DNA from: Alphaproteobacteria bacterium
GTDB taxonomy: Bacteria > Pseudomonadota > Alphaproteobacteria > CALKHQ01
Length of the DNA stretch: 64,000 bases
Assembly: GCA_965227515.1 (NCBI GenBank)
Contig: CBDDFZ010000001.1
Span: 1,440,001-1,504,000 of the forward strand
Reading direction: 5' to 3'
Positions 52,964-64,000 of this stretch are shown here, one piece after another (positions within the stretch are counted from its first letter, which is position 1; each line of letters begins with the position of its first letter). The notes beneath the pieces were generated by a model that did not search any database, had not been told where the DNA came from, and saw nothing but the letters and a program-made list of their open reading frames with translations. Made by a program: the position numbers and the translations under genes.

Positions 52964-53497
52964 ATGTCACGAGTAGGTAAGCTGCCGGTCCAGATCCCGA
53001 AGGGGGTCGAGGTGACCATCGCCGGCCAGGTGCTGGCGGCCAAGGGCAAGCTCGGCCAGCAGCAGGTGCCGTTGGGCGACGATGTCACGGTCGAGGTCGA
53101 TGACGGCAAGGTCACGGTCACGCCGCGCGGCAAGTCGAAGCGCGCGCGCGCCATGTGGGGCACCACCCGCAGCCTGATCGACAACGCGGTCACCGGGGTG
53201 TCGGAGGGTTTTACCCGCCATCTCGACATCGTCGGCGTCGGCTATCGCGCGGCGGTGCAGGGCAAGAACCTGCAGCTCCAGCTTGGCTTCAGCCACGACG
53301 TGATCATCCCGATCCCGGAGGGGCTGGACATCAAGTGCGAGACCCAGACCACGATCGCGATCACAGGCGCCGACAAGCAGCAGGTCGGCCAGACCGCGGC
53401 GGAGATCCGCGGCTGGCGCCCGCCGGAGCCCTACAAGGGCAAGGGCGTGAAGTATCGCGAAGAGACCATCCTGCGTAAGGAAGGCAAGAAGAAGTAG
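52964..53497 (+). CDS. rplF: 50S ribosomal protein L6
   Basis: [14 protein letters not shown]. Confidence 0.99.
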   Translation: MSRVGKLPVQIPKGVEVTIAGQVLAAKGKLGQQQVPLGDDVTVEVDDGKVTVTPRGKSKRARAMWGTTRSLIDNAVTGVSEGFTRHLDIVGVGYRAAVQGKNLQLQLGFSHDVIIPIPEGLDIKCETQTTIAITGADKQQVGQTAAEIRGWRPPEPYKGKGVKYREETILRKEGKKK

Positions 53498-53501
53498 CAT
53501 C

Positions 53502-53867
53502 ATGGCAACCACCAGCCGACAGCTTCAGCAGCGGCGCGCGACGCGCAACCGCTTCCGTCTCCGCAAGGCCGGCCGCGGGCGTCCGCGTCTGTCCGTGTTC
53601 CGGTCCAACAAGCACATCCACGCGCAGGTCATCGACGATGCGCACGGCGCCACGCTGGCGGCCGCTTCGTCGATCGAGGCCGACGCGCGCAGCGCGCTGT
53701 CGAAGGGCAGCGACAAGGAGGCTGCGGCCCATGTCGGCAAGCTGATCGCCGAACGGGCGACCGCGGCCGGCGTGAGCGAGGTGGTGTTCGACCGTGGCGG
53801 GTACGCATTTCACGGCCGCATCAAGGCGCTGGCGGATGCCGCGCGCGAAGGCGGACTGAAGTTCTAG
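53502..53867 (+). CDS. rplR: 50S ribosomal protein L18
   Basis: [17 protein letters not shown]. Confidence 0.98.
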   Translation: MATTSRQLQQRRATRNRFRLRKAGRGRPRLSVFRSNKHIHAQVIDDAHGATLAAASSIEADARSALSKGSDKEAAAHVGKLIAERATAAGVSEVVFDRGGYAFHGRIKALADAAREGGLKF

Positions 53868-53939
53868 GGTACGTGAGTTCATGACCGCGCGGCATTGGGC
53901 GGCCGGTCACCAAGTGGCACTGGACGAAGGCAGCAGCAT

Positions 53940-54488
53940 ATGGCCAGACCTGGAAGAGAAGAGCGCCAGGAAAGCGAGTTCGTAGAGAAGCTCGTCAGCA
54001 TCAACCGCGTCGCCAAGGTGGTGAAGGGCGGTCGGCGCTTCGGTTTTGCCGCCCTGGTGGTGGTCGGCGACGGTCGTGGCCGGGTCGGCCACGGGCACGG
54101 CAAGGCGCGCGAGGTGCCGGAGGCGATCCGCAAGGCGACGGAGTCGGCCAAGCGCAACATGGTGCGCGTGCCGCTGCGCGAGGGGCGCACCCTGCATCAT
54201 GACGTGGCCGGGCGCTTCGGCGCCGGGCGCGTGGTGCTGCGTACAGCCCCTCCGGGCACCGGCATCATCGCGGGCGGCCCGATGCGCGCGGTGTTCGAGA
54301 GCCTGGGCGTGCAGGACGTGGTCGCGAAGTCGATCGGGACCTCGAACCCGTACAACATGGTGCGCGCCACGTTTAACGGCCTGGAGCGGGTCATGTCGCC
54401 GCGCCAGGTGGCCGCCAAGCGGTCGAAGAAAACCAGCGACATCGTCGGCCGCCGCGAGTTGAAGGACGGCGCCGAGGCGCGGGAGTAG
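53940..54488 (+). CDS. rpsE: 30S ribosomal protein S5
   Basis: [17 protein letters not shown]. Confidence 0.98.
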   Translation: MARPGREERQESEFVEKLVSINRVAKVVKGGRRFGFAALVVVGDGRGRVGHGHGKAREVPEAIRKATESAKRNMVRVPLREGRTLHHDVAGRFGAGRVVLRTAPPGTGIIAGGPMRAVFESLGVQDVVAKSIGTSNPYNMVRATFNGLERVMSPRQVAAKRSKKTSDIVGRRELKDGAEARE

Positions 54489-54492
54489 CACG

Positions 54493-54711
54493 ATGAACTC
54501 ATCGCTTGAGTGGCCGGACAGCCCGCGCATCAAGGTGACCCAGGTGCGCAGCCCGATCCGCCGGCCGAAGATCCAGCGCGAGACGCTGAAGGGTCTGGGC
54601 CTGAACAAGATGCATCGCAGCCGGGTTCTGGAAAACACGCCGGCCGTGCGCGGCATGATCGCCAAGGTGCACCACCTGGTGGCGTTCGAGGCCGCGGCGG
54701 ACGACGCCTGA
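54493..54711 (+). CDS. rpmD: 50S ribosomal protein L30
   Basis: [28 protein letters not shown]. Confidence 0.95.
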   Translation: MNSSLEWPDSPRIKVTQVRSPIRRPKIQRETLKGLGLNKMHRSRVLENTPAVRGMIAKVHHLVAFEAAADDA

Positions 54712-54761
54712 GCGGCCACGCGCCGGACGAACCAAAGCCGGAAGAACGAAAGTCGTAGACG

Positions 54762-55283
54762 ATGAAACTGAACGAGATCGCCGACAACCCGGGTGCCCAC
54801 AAGCCGCGCAAGCGGGTGGGCCGTGGCATCGGGTCGGGCACCGGCAAGACCGCGGGTAAGGGCCACAAGGGCCAAAAGGCGCGCTCCGGCGTCGCCATCA
54901 AGGGCTTCGAGGGCGGCCAGATGCCGATCTATCGCCGGCTGCCGAAGCGCGGGTTCACCAACGCCAAGTTCCGCAAGCACTTCGCGGAGATCAATGTCGG
55001 CCGCCTGCAGCAGGCCGTGGACGCCGGGCGCCTGGACGCCGGCAAGCCGGTGGATGCCGCCGCTTTGATCGGGGCCGGACTGGTGCGCCGCGCGCAAGAT
55101 GGCATTCGCCTGTTGGCAAAGGGCGAGCTCAGCACCAAATTAACCATCCATGTGGCTGGAGCGTCCAAGGCGGCGGTGGCCGCTGTTGAGGGGGCCGGCG
55201 GCCAGGTTGTCATCGAGGCGGCCAAGGCGGCTGAGGCTCCCGTGGGCAACGACGCCCCGGCGGAACAGCCGGCGGCAGATTAG
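54762..55283 (+). CDS. rplO: 50S ribosomal protein L15
   Basis: [20 protein letters not shown]. Confidence 0.98.
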   Translation: MKLNEIADNPGAHKPRKRVGRGIGSGTGKTAGKGHKGQKARSGVAIKGFEGGQMPIYRRLPKRGFTNAKFRKHFAEINVGRLQQAVDAGRLDAGKPVDAAALIGAGLVRRAQDGIRLLAKGELSTKLTIHVAGASKAAVAAVEGAGGQVVIEAAKAAEAPVGNDAPAEQPAAD

Positions 55284-55317
55284 GGGCGCGGCGCGCGCCC
55301 CGAGCTAGGGGAAGCTG

Positions 55318-56663
<1,346 letters not shown>

Positions 56664-56667
<4 letters not shown>

Positions 56668-57248
56668 ACATCATACTGTTGGGCCCGCCGGGCGCGGGCA
56701 AAGGCACACAGGCTGGCCGCCTGGAGGCGGAACGCGGACTTAAGCAGCTCTCGACGGGCGACATGCTGCGCGCCGCCGTGGCATCCGGCACGCCGCTGGG
56801 CCTGAAGGCGAAAGCGATCATGGATCGCGGCGACCTGGTGCCCGATGACGTGATGGTCGCGATGATCTCCGAGCGGATCGACGCGCCGGACTGCAAGGCA
56901 GGCTTCATCCTGGACGGGTTTCCGCGCACGGTGGCGCAGGCCGAGGCGCTGGACGCCATGCTGGCCGAAAAGGGCATGAAGCTCGACCGGGTTGTCGAGC
57001 TTGTGGTCGACGAGGACCAGGTGGTCGCCCGCATCGTCGGGCGGGCCGAGGAGGCAGCGGCGGCCGGCGAGCCGGTGCGCGCCGACGACACCGAGGAGAA
57101 GGCGCGGCGGCGGTTCGAGGTCTACCGCGAGCAGACGGTGCCGATCCTGCCGTTCTATCGCGACCGCGGTGTGCTGAAGACGGTGGACGGCATGGCCGGC
57201 ATCGACGAGGTCTATGCCGGCATCGTGGAGGTGCTGGATGCAGCCTAG
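56664..57248 (+). CDS. adk: Adenylate kinase (short LID)
   Basis: [24 protein letters not shown]. Confidence 0.98.
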
Positions 57249-57280
57249 AGGGGCAACCCATCCGGCAACCAACACAGCGA

Positions 57281-57308
57281 TTGACTTCGGTGGGCGCGGG
57301 CCTATACT
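57281..57308 (+). promoter_or_regulatory. Sigma70 promoter of alpha operon
   Basis: TTGACT-N16-TATACT. Confidence 0.6.
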
Positions 57309-57416
57309 CCCGCGCTTCCGATCAGGCCTGCTGACGCGGCGCGTTGCTGCTGCGCGGCATATTGGCGTGACCGCCATTCGCGGCGGAATGCCATCTAGTG
57401 CAAAAGGAGAGCGATC

Positions 57417-57785
57417 GTGGCGCGTATAGCTGGCGTCAATATCCCGACCCAGAAGCGGGTCCACATTTCGCTGCGCTACATCCATGGCATCGGCCCGGCG
57501 AAGGCGAAGGAAATCTGCGACAAGGCCGGCGTTCCGGAAGACCGCCGGGTGCAGGACCTGACCGAGCAGGAAGTGATGCACATCCGCGAAACCATCGACG
57601 CGGACTACACGGTTGAGGGCGACCTGCGCCGCGAGACCTCGATGAATATCAAACGGCTGATGGACCTGGGTTGCTATCGCGGCCTCAGGCACCGCAAGGC
57701 GTTGCCGGTGCGCGGCCAGCGCACCCACACCAACGCCCGGACCCGCAAGGGCAAGGCCAAGCCGATCGCCGGCAAGAAGAAGTAA
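57417..57785 (+). CDS. rpsM: 30S ribosomal protein S13
   Basis: [20 protein letters not shown]. Confidence 0.99.
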   Translation: MARIAGVNIPTQKRVHISLRYIHGIGPAKAKEICDKAGVPEDRRVQDLTEQEVMHIRETIDADYTVEGDLRRETSMNIKRLMDLGCYRGLRHRKALPVRGQRTHTNARTRKGKAKPIAGKKK

Positions 57786-57838
57786 GGCCCCAGGCCGTCA
57801 GGTGCGCTGCCCCTCGGGCAGCGGAGTGGAGACCAGTT

Positions 57839-58231
57839 ATGGCAAAACCTACTGCGGCCCGTGTGCGGCGTCGCGAGCGCAAGAACATTACGTCCGGCGT
57901 GGCGCACGTCAGCGCGACGTTCAACAATACCAAGATCACCATTACCGACGCCCAGGGGAACGCCATTTCCTGGTCGACCTCGGGCAGCCAGGGTTTCCGT
58001 GGCTCGCGCAAGTCGACGCCCTATGCCGCGCAGATCGCGGCCGAGGACGCCGGCCGCAAGGCGCAGGAACACGGCATGAAGACGCTGGAAGTCGAGGTCA
58101 AGGGCCCCGGCTCCGGCCGTGAATCGGCCCTGCGCGCGCTGCAGGCGGTGGGCTTCACCATCACGTCGATCCGTGATGTGACGCCGATCCCGCACAACGG
58201 ATGCCGGGCGCGCAAGCGCCGCCGCGTCTGA
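57839..58231 (+). CDS. rpsK: 30S ribosomal protein S11
   Basis: [20 protein letters not shown]. Confidence 0.99.
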   Translation: MAKPTAARVRRRERKNITSGVAHVSATFNNTKITITDAQGNAISWSTSGSQGFRGSRKSTPYAAQIAAEDAGRKAQEHGMKTLEVEVKGPGSGRESALRALQAVGFTITSIRDVTPIPHNGCRARKRRRV

Positions 58232-58359
58232 CACCACTGCCCGCGCGGCATCGGACCTCGAGGCCGGTGCTGTCGCCGCCTGCAGGACGCAGGTATGCGA
58301 AATGACGGACGACGCGCCCCCCGCCGGGCGCGCCCGTCGCAAAATGTGAGGTTTCATCC

Positions 58360-59376
58360 GTGATCCAGAAAAATTGGACCGATCTGATCAAGCCGAACCG
58401 GTTGAGCATCGAGCCCAAGGGCGACGGCAAGCACATCGCCGAGATCGAGGCCGAGCCGCTGGAGCGCGGTTTCGGCATGACGCTGGGCAATGCGCTGCGG
58501 CGCATCCTGCTGTCGTCGCTGCAGGGTGCCGCGGTGACTTCGGTGAAGATCGACGGCGTGCTGCATGAGTTCTCGTCCATCCCCGGCGTGCGCGAGGACG
58601 TGACCGACATTGTGCTCAACATCAAGTCGATGGCGCTCAGGATGCATGGCGAGGGGCCGAAGCGGATGACGCTGATCGCCTCCGGCCCCGGCGAGATCAC
58701 CGCCGGCGATATCCATACCGGCCACGACATCGATATCCTGGACCCGAGCCATCACCTGATGACCCTGGACGACAACGCCAAGGTGTCGATGGAGCTGACG
58801 GTGGAGACCGGCAAGGGCTATGTGCCGGCGTCGCAGAACCGCTCGGCCGACGCGCCGATCGGCGTGATCCCGGTCGATGCGCTGTTCAGCCCGATCCGCC
58901 AGGTCGCCTACCGTGTCGAGAACGCCCGTGTCGGCCAGGTCACCGACTACGACAAGCTGACCATGCGGTTGGAGACCAACGGCGCCGTGACGCCGGAGGA
59001 CGCGGTGGCGCTGGCCGCGCGCATCCTGCAGGACCAGTTGCAGACCTTCATCAATTTCGAGGAGCCGCGCTCCGAGGCGCAGCCCGCCGAGACCGAGGAG
59101 ATTCCGTTCAATCGCAATCTCCTGCGCAAGGTGGACGAGCTGGAGCTTTCGGTGCGCTCGGCCAACTGCCTGAAGAACGACAACATCATCTACATCGGCG
59201 ACCTGGTGCAGAAGACCGAGGCGGAAATGCTGCGCACGCCGAACTTCGGCCGCAAGTCGCTGAACGAGATCAAGGAGGTGTTGTCCACCATGGGCCTGAC
59301 CCTTGGCATGGAAATCGCCAACTGGCCGCCGGAAAACATCGAGGACTTGGCGAAACGGCTGGAAGAGCCGTTCTAG
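58360..59376 (+). CDS. rpoA: RNA polymerase alpha subunit
   Basis: [24 protein letters not shown]. Confidence 0.99.
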   Translation: MIQKNWTDLIKPNRLSIEPKGDGKHIAEIEAEPLERGFGMTLGNALRRILLSSLQGAAVTSVKIDGVLHEFSSIPGVREDVTDIVLNIKSMALRMHGEGPKRMTLIASGPGEITAGDIHTGHDIDILDPSHHLMTLDDNAKVSMELTVETGKGYVPASQNRSADAPIGVIPVDALFSPIRQVAYRVENARVGQVTDYDKLTMRLETNGAVTPEDAVALAARILQDQLQTFINFEEPRSEAQPAETEEIPFNRNLLRKVDELELSVRSANCLKNDNIIYIGDLVQKTEAEMLRTPNFGRKSLNEIKEVLSTMGLTLGMEIANWPPENIEDLAKRLEEPF

Positions 59377-59475
59377 AGTCTATAGGAAAGCTGCGCCCGT
59401 ATGGTCCCTAGGTAGGGTCGAAGCGGGTGCCGTCTCCGCGCCAGCGGGGCAAGAAATGAAGACGGGAGAAGACTG

Positions 59476-59898
59476 ATGCGGCATCGCATGGGGCTGCGCA
59501 AACTGAACCGGACCAGCACGCATCGCAAGGCGATGTTTGCGAACATGGCCGCGGCGCTGATCAAGCACGAGCAGATCACCACGACGCTGCCGAAGGCGAA
59601 GGAACTGCGCCGGGTCGCCGACCGTCTGGTCACGCTCGGCAAGCATGGCGGCCTGCACAATCGCCGTCGCGCGATCTCCGTCCTTGGCGACCGCAAGCTG
59701 GCCGACAAGCTGTTCACCACGCTGGCCGAGCGCTATCGGGAGCGCAATGGCGGCTACACCCGGGTGATGCGTGCCGGCTTCCGCTATGGCGACAACGCGC
59801 CGATCGCGGTGATCGAGCTGGTTGATCGCGACGAGGAGGCCAAGGGCCAGGACTCCGGTCCGCCGCAGAACGTCGTCGACGAAGACGACGAGGACTAG
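59476..59898 (+). CDS. rplQ: 50S ribosomal protein L17
   Basis: [17 protein letters not shown]. Confidence 0.99.
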   Translation: MRHRMGLRKLNRTSTHRKAMFANMAAALIKHEQITTTLPKAKELRRVADRLVTLGKHGGLHNRRRAISVLGDRKLADKLFTTLAERYRERNGGYTRVMRAGFRYGDNAPIAVIELVDRDEEAKGQDSGPPQNVVDEDDED

Positions 59899-59940
59899 CT
59901 CGTTTTTCGCTCCCTAACTGCCTAGTTCTCTCACTCACCC

Positions 59941-60051
59941 TCGTCATGCGCGGACTTGATCCGCGCATCCACGCAGCTAATGACAGTCATCGGCGCGGCC
60001 TCGTACAGCAAGGAAGACGTGGATGCCCGCAACAAGTGCGGGCATGACGAC
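59941..60051. repeat. REP-like palindromic element (GTCATGC...GCATGAC type), copy 2
   Basis: TCGTCATGCGCGGACTTGATCCGCGCATCCAC...GTGGATGCCCGCAACAAGTGCGGGCATGACGAC; shares 38 bp with 5153-5190. Confidence 0.85.
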
Positions 60052-60118
60052 TGTTATTTAGGCCGGGAGGACCGGTCTATGCGCCTGGCCGCCGTGGCTT
60101 GAATCGGATGCTGACACC

Positions 60119-60150
60119 AAAACGCCCCCTGCCTTGGCCGGGGGCGTTTT
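60119..60150 (+). terminator. Rho-independent (possibly bidirectional) terminator after rplQ
   Basis: AAAACGCCCCC-loop-GGGGGCGTTTT. Confidence 0.75.
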
Positions 60151-60325
60151 CATTGGTGCCGTGCTAGGACGCGCATGACCTGATGCGCGCGGTGCGCACC
60201 CATGGCGTGCAAGGCCAAGGGCCATGCGGCCTCCTGCCCGCCTGCGCTGCCGCTACAATGACCGCAGCGGCGGCAAAATGAGATACAAGGGCCAGTGCCG
60301 ACTGGGATGAATATGCACTAGCGCC

Positions 60326-62392
60326 ATGAAGTTCCGCATCGCCGATACGTTTACCAGCAGCCTCGCGCGCCTCAATGCCAAGGAACAGAAGGCGGCGAAG
60401 ACAACGGCCTTCGACCTGCAGGTGAACCCCAGCCACCCGTCGATGAAAATGCATCGGCTGGGGCAGCGCCGCGACCCGAATTTCTGGTCCATCTGGGTCA
60501 GCGCGGACATCAGAATGATCATCCACCGCACCGCCGACAGCTTGTTGCTGTGCTACGTCGACCACCACGACGAGGCCTATCGCTGGGCCGACCGGCGGCG
60601 CATCGAACGCCATCCGAAGACAGGCGCGGCGCAACTCGTCGAAATCCGCGAGCGGGTCGAGGAGGTCTGGGTACCGGAGCAGCCGGTGGAGGAGGCGCCG
60701 CCACCGGCGATACCGCCCGATGTGGACGACGATACCCTGCTGCGCTACGGCGTGCCGGTCGACTGGTTGGCGGATGTGCGGGCGGCGAGCGAAGACGGCC
60801 TGTTGGATCTGATCGACCACCTGCCGCCTGAAGCGGCGGACGCGCTGCTCGAACTGGCAGCGGGCGGCACACCGAATGAGCCGCGGGCATCGGGAGAGGA
60901 TGCCGACCCATTCGCGCATCCGGACGCGCAGCGTCGTTTCCGTGTCATGGCCGATGTGGAGGCGCTACAGCAGGCGCTGGAATTTCCCTGGGAACGTTGG
61001 ATCGTGTTCTTGCACCCCATGCAGCGCGATCTGGTGGAGCGCGACTACAACGGCCCCGCCCAGATCACCGGGTCGGCAGGCACCGGCAAGACCGTCGTCG
61101 CATTGCACCGCGCGGTCCACCTGGCACGCCGCGCGCCGGGGTCACGCGTTCTGCTGACGACGTTTTGGCCCATGCTGGCGCGCGACCTGAACACCCGACT
61201 CGACCAACTAGCGGGCGCCGAGCCGGAGCTGCGCGGCCGGGTCTCGGCGAAGGCGCTGCCGACACTGGCGCGCGATATGTATGCCGACATTTTCGGCACG
61301 CCGCAGGTGGCGTCGACGTCGCTCGTCCTCGACCTGATGCGTGACCTTGCCGCCGCGTCGGATGGGCCGCAGGTCAATCTGGCCCTGCTGATGGACGAAT
61401 GGCATGGCACGGTCGACGCCTTTCAGCTCAAGACGTGGCGCGACTATCGCGACTTCAACGGCCCGATCGTCAGCAGCCGCATCAGCCCGAAGCGCCGCAA
61501 GCGCCTGTGGTCGGTCTATGCCCAATTATGGGAGGAGCTGGACCGACGGAACCTGATCACCACGGTCGGGATCCTGGCGCGCCTGACCGCGTTCTACACA
61601 GCGGCGGATGCGCCGGCGTCGCCATACGACTACATCGTCGTCGACGAAGCGCAGGACATCGACGTGGCGCGGCTCCGCTTTCTGGCGGCGATCGGCCGCT
61701 CCCATCCTGACAGCCTCTTCTTCGTCGGCGACAACGGCCAGCGCATCTTCCGGCGCCCTTTCTCGTGGACCGCCCTGGGCATCGATGTCAGTGGGCGCAC
61801 CCACCGCCTCTCCATCAACTACCGCACGTCCCACCAGATCCATCGGGTCGCGGAACGTCTCCTGCAAAGAGCGGCGTCCGATCCGGATGGTGCCGATCAT
61901 CCATGCGGGGAGACGGTCTCCGCATTCAACGGCCCGGCACCTATCGTCAGGCTGTGCGACGACGCCGAGGCGGAGATCGCCTGCGTCGCGGACTGGTTGC
62001 GCACGGTTCGCGCCTACGCCGCGCCATCGGAGACGGCCGTGTTCGTGCGCACCAACGACCTGGTCGAACGCGCGCGGCTCGCCATTCGCCAGGCCGGGTT
62101 GGACGCGGCGCTGTTGACCAACAAGGCCGGACCGCCGCAAGACGCGGTCACGGTCGGCGCGATGCACCTGGCCAAGGGCATGGAATACCGTGCTGTGGCG
62201 GTCATGGCTTGCGACGCCGATATCCTTCCCCTGCGCGACCGCATCGAGACCATCGACGATCCCGATCAGATCGAGGACATCTACGCCACCGAGCGAAACG
62301 TCCTGTACGTCGCGTGCACGCGGGCGCGCGAGCATTTGCTGGTGACAGGCGTCGCGCCGGGTTCGGAGTTCCTGTCCGGTCTGGTTGGCTGA
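60326..62392 (+). CDS. SF1 UvrD-like helicase with N-terminal RelE-like domain
   Basis: GSAGTGKT, DEAQD, GDNGQRIF, NYRT, HLAKGMEY, LYVACTRAR; N-terminal ~90 aa RelE-type pattern ending YVDHHDEAY. Confidence 0.85.
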   Translation: MKFRIADTFTSSLARLNAKEQKAAKTTAFDLQVNPSHPSMKMHRLGQRRDPNFWSIWVSADIRMIIHRTADSLLLCYVDHHDEAYRWADRRRIERHPKTGAAQLVEIRERVEEVWVPEQPVEEAPPPAIPPDVDDDTLLRYGVPVDWLADVRAASEDGLLDLIDHLPPEAADALLELAAGGTPNEPRASGEDADPFAHPDAQRRFRVMADVEALQQALEFPWERWIVFLHPMQRDLVERDYNGPAQITGSAGTGKTVVALHRAVHLARRAPGSRVLLTTFWPMLARDLNTRLDQLAGAEPELRGRVSAKALPTLARDMYADIFGTPQVASTSLVLDLMRDLAAASDGPQVNLALLMDEWHGTVDAFQLKTWRDYRDFNGPIVSSRISPKRRKRLWSVYAQLWEELDRRNLITTVGILARLTAFYTAADAPASPYDYIVVDEAQDIDVARLRFLAAIGRSHPDSLFFVGDNGQRIFRRPFSWTALGIDVSGRTHRLSINYRTSHQIHRVAERLLQRAASDPDGADHPCGETVSAFNGPAPIVRLCDDAEAEIACVADWLRTVRAYAAPSETAVFVRTNDLVERARLAIRQAGLDAALLTNKAGPPQDAVTVGAMHLAKGMEYRAVAVMACDADILPLRDRIETIDDPDQIEDIYATERNVLYVACTRAREHLLVTGVAPGSEFLSGLVG

Positions 62393-62478
62393 TTCTTAAG
62401 CCAATACGCGACCGGGGCCGCCCACACGGATGGACGGCCCCGGCATTGACTCAGAAGCTCTGCGTCTGACGCCTGCGG

Positions 62479-64000
62479 TCAGACGTCGAACTGGTAGCCC
62501 GCCGATACCTCGCCGTCGCCACGGATCTGGCTGACCAGGATGCGGCCGCGCGGCCGGTCGGACGTATTCGGCGACGTGGTGCCGACCAGCACCGGCTGCC
62601 ACTCGCCGCGCGCCAGCCTGTAGGGCAGGGCGATGGCGCCGACGCCGTGGTCGATGCGGATCGCCGGCCGGCCGTCGACCTGCACCACGTCCAGCGCGTC
62701 GGCGGCATTGCCCCGGCCCGTCACGGCGCACAGCTTGCGCAGCTTCGTGCCCCTGGGCGCATCGATCACCAGCACGTCGTCGTCGCAGCACCTGACCGCC
62801 AGACGTGCCCGCGATAACAGCATGATGTCGCATGAGCCGTGCTTGCCGAAATCGATGTCGTCCGGGTCGGGCCCAGTTTCGGGCTTCGATCCCGGCTTCG
62901 GGCGGTCGACGCCGAGCGGATCGACGGTGTGAATGCCGTCGCCCTTCCGCACCAGGTCGACCCAGTGCTTCAGCACCGCCTTGTCGAGCACGCTGACCAG
63001 CGCGCCGACGTCGGCGGGCAGGGCCGTGCGGTCGATCACCACCATGTCGACGCCGGAAACGTCGCGGGTGCCGGCCACCACCGCGCTCATCAGCCCCGAG
63101 CTGCCGCCCATCGCCGGATAGTCGATGGAGATGTTGCGGTGGGCGATGTTGTTGTCGCCCTTCACCGGATAGGCAAGCCCGGTCACGATCGCCGGCCCGT
63201 CATGCGGTGCCGCCTCGGCCAGCAGGCAGGGGTGCCAGTTCACTGTCGACCCGCCGACGGTGACGGTCTGCGGCGGCACCAGGTCCTCGTCCCAGGTCAT
63301 CTTGACGATGGTGTCGGCACCGGGGGCGAGGTTGCTGACGGTCGCCTCGCCGATCAGGTAGGTGCCCGGCTGCAGCGGCAGGCTGGGCGCGCCGCCGAAC
63401 TGCGGTGTCGGCTGCCAGTCGTCCGGATACTGGAACTCGATCCCCGGGAAGTGGGTGATCAGCGCCCGCAGGAAGATGGTGGAGGCGGCCGCCGTGCCGT
63501 TGTTGCGCACCCGCATGAAGACGTAGTTGTCCTGGCCGAACTGCGGGTTCTCGTGCGGCGGTGCCGCGCCGTAGGCCAGGGCCGGGATCGGGTCGTCGGT
63601 CTTGCGGGTCCAGATGTCCGGGCTGGAGGCATGCCAGCCGGCGGACGGCACGGCGCCATTGTCGCCCAGATTGTCGCGGACCACGGCATCGGTGCGGTTG
63701 GTCAGCCCGATGGTCGCGGTCACCGCGGCATCCACGTCCAGGCGGCCATAGCCATACCACTGGCTGAAGTCGACCACCGTGTCGCCATCCAGGTCGATCC
63801 ACTGGCCGGTCGCGAAGGCCTGGCCGATGTCGATCTGCACCGCGGTGGCGCGCAGGATGTCGCGCACCTCGATCCAGTTGAGGTCCGGCTGGACCGAGAG
63901 CATCAGGGCCGCCGCGCCCGCCACCGTCGGGCAGGAATGGCTGGTGCCGCCGAAGCCGATGGCCGCGTTCATCGCATAGTCGGCCGGGCCGGTCGCGACC
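62479..64000 (-). CDS. S8 family serine peptidase, C-terminal part (5' end outside window)
   Basis: FGGTSHSCPTVAGAAALMLS catalytic-Ser region, YGYGRLD, followed by SPDIW/Ig-like domain; frame open to the window edge. Confidence 0.85.
   Translation of the reverse strand, partial: VATGPADYAMNAAIGFGGTSHSCPTVAGAAALMLSVQPDLNWIEVRDILRATAVQIDIGQAFATGQWIDLDGDTVVDFSQWYGYGRLDVDAAVTATIGLTNRTDAVVRDNLGDNGAVPSAGWHASSPDIWTRKTDDPIPALAYGAAPPHENPQFGQDNYVFMRVRNNGTAAASTIFLRALITHFPGIEFQYPDDWQPTPQFGGAPSLPLQPGTYLIGEATVSNLAPGADTIVKMTWDEDLVPPQTVTVGGSTVNWHPCLLAEAAPHDGPAIVTGLAYPVKGDNNIAHRNISIDYPAMGGSSGLMSAVVAGTRDVSGVDMVVIDRTALPADVGALVSVLDKAVLKHWVDLVRKGDGIHTVDPLGVDRPKPGSKPETGPDPDDIDFGKHGSCDIMLLSRARLAVRCCDDDVLVIDAPRGTKLRKLCAVTGRGNAADALDVVQVDGRPAIRIDHGVGAIALPYRLARGEWQPVLVGTTSPNTSDRPRGRILVSQIRGDGEVSAGYQFDV

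Overview
GC-rich alphaproteobacterial chromosomal segment (Rhodospirillales-like judging by gene order and RpoB/RpoC features; inference). 1-6 kb: ROK-regulated sugar ABC locus with Gfo/Idh/MocA and ThuA-like genes. 6.4-13.9 kb: LacI-regulated ABC operon with a GH63 glucosyl/mannosylglycerate-hydrolase-like enzyme; one permease carries an inserted DUF11/Ig-like domain. 13.9-19.9 kb: decayed, probably acquired segment abutting the 3' end of tRNA-Glu (P-type ATPase, internally deleted IS1380, AT-rich orphan, truncated AraC). 20-23 kb: cNMP-binding/class III cyclase fusion, SDR, rlmB. 23.5-59.9 kb: core translation/transcription supercluster (tRNA-Tyr/Gly, tuf, tRNA-Trp, secE-nusG, rplKAJL, rpoBC, str, S10, spc and alpha operons), interrupted between rpoC and rpsL by a two-gene secreted-protein cassette that is preceded by a repeat/hairpin switch and a possible RAYT remnant. 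60-64 kb: RelE-like/UvrD helicase fusion and the 3' part of an S8 peptidase. At least three families of intergenic palindromic repeats are present. No novel system can be proven from sequence alone. The best candidates are the rpoC-rpsL cassette, the DUF11-permease/GH63 transporter, the RelE-UvrD fusion and the cNMP-cyclase. All calls were made by eye without database searches.
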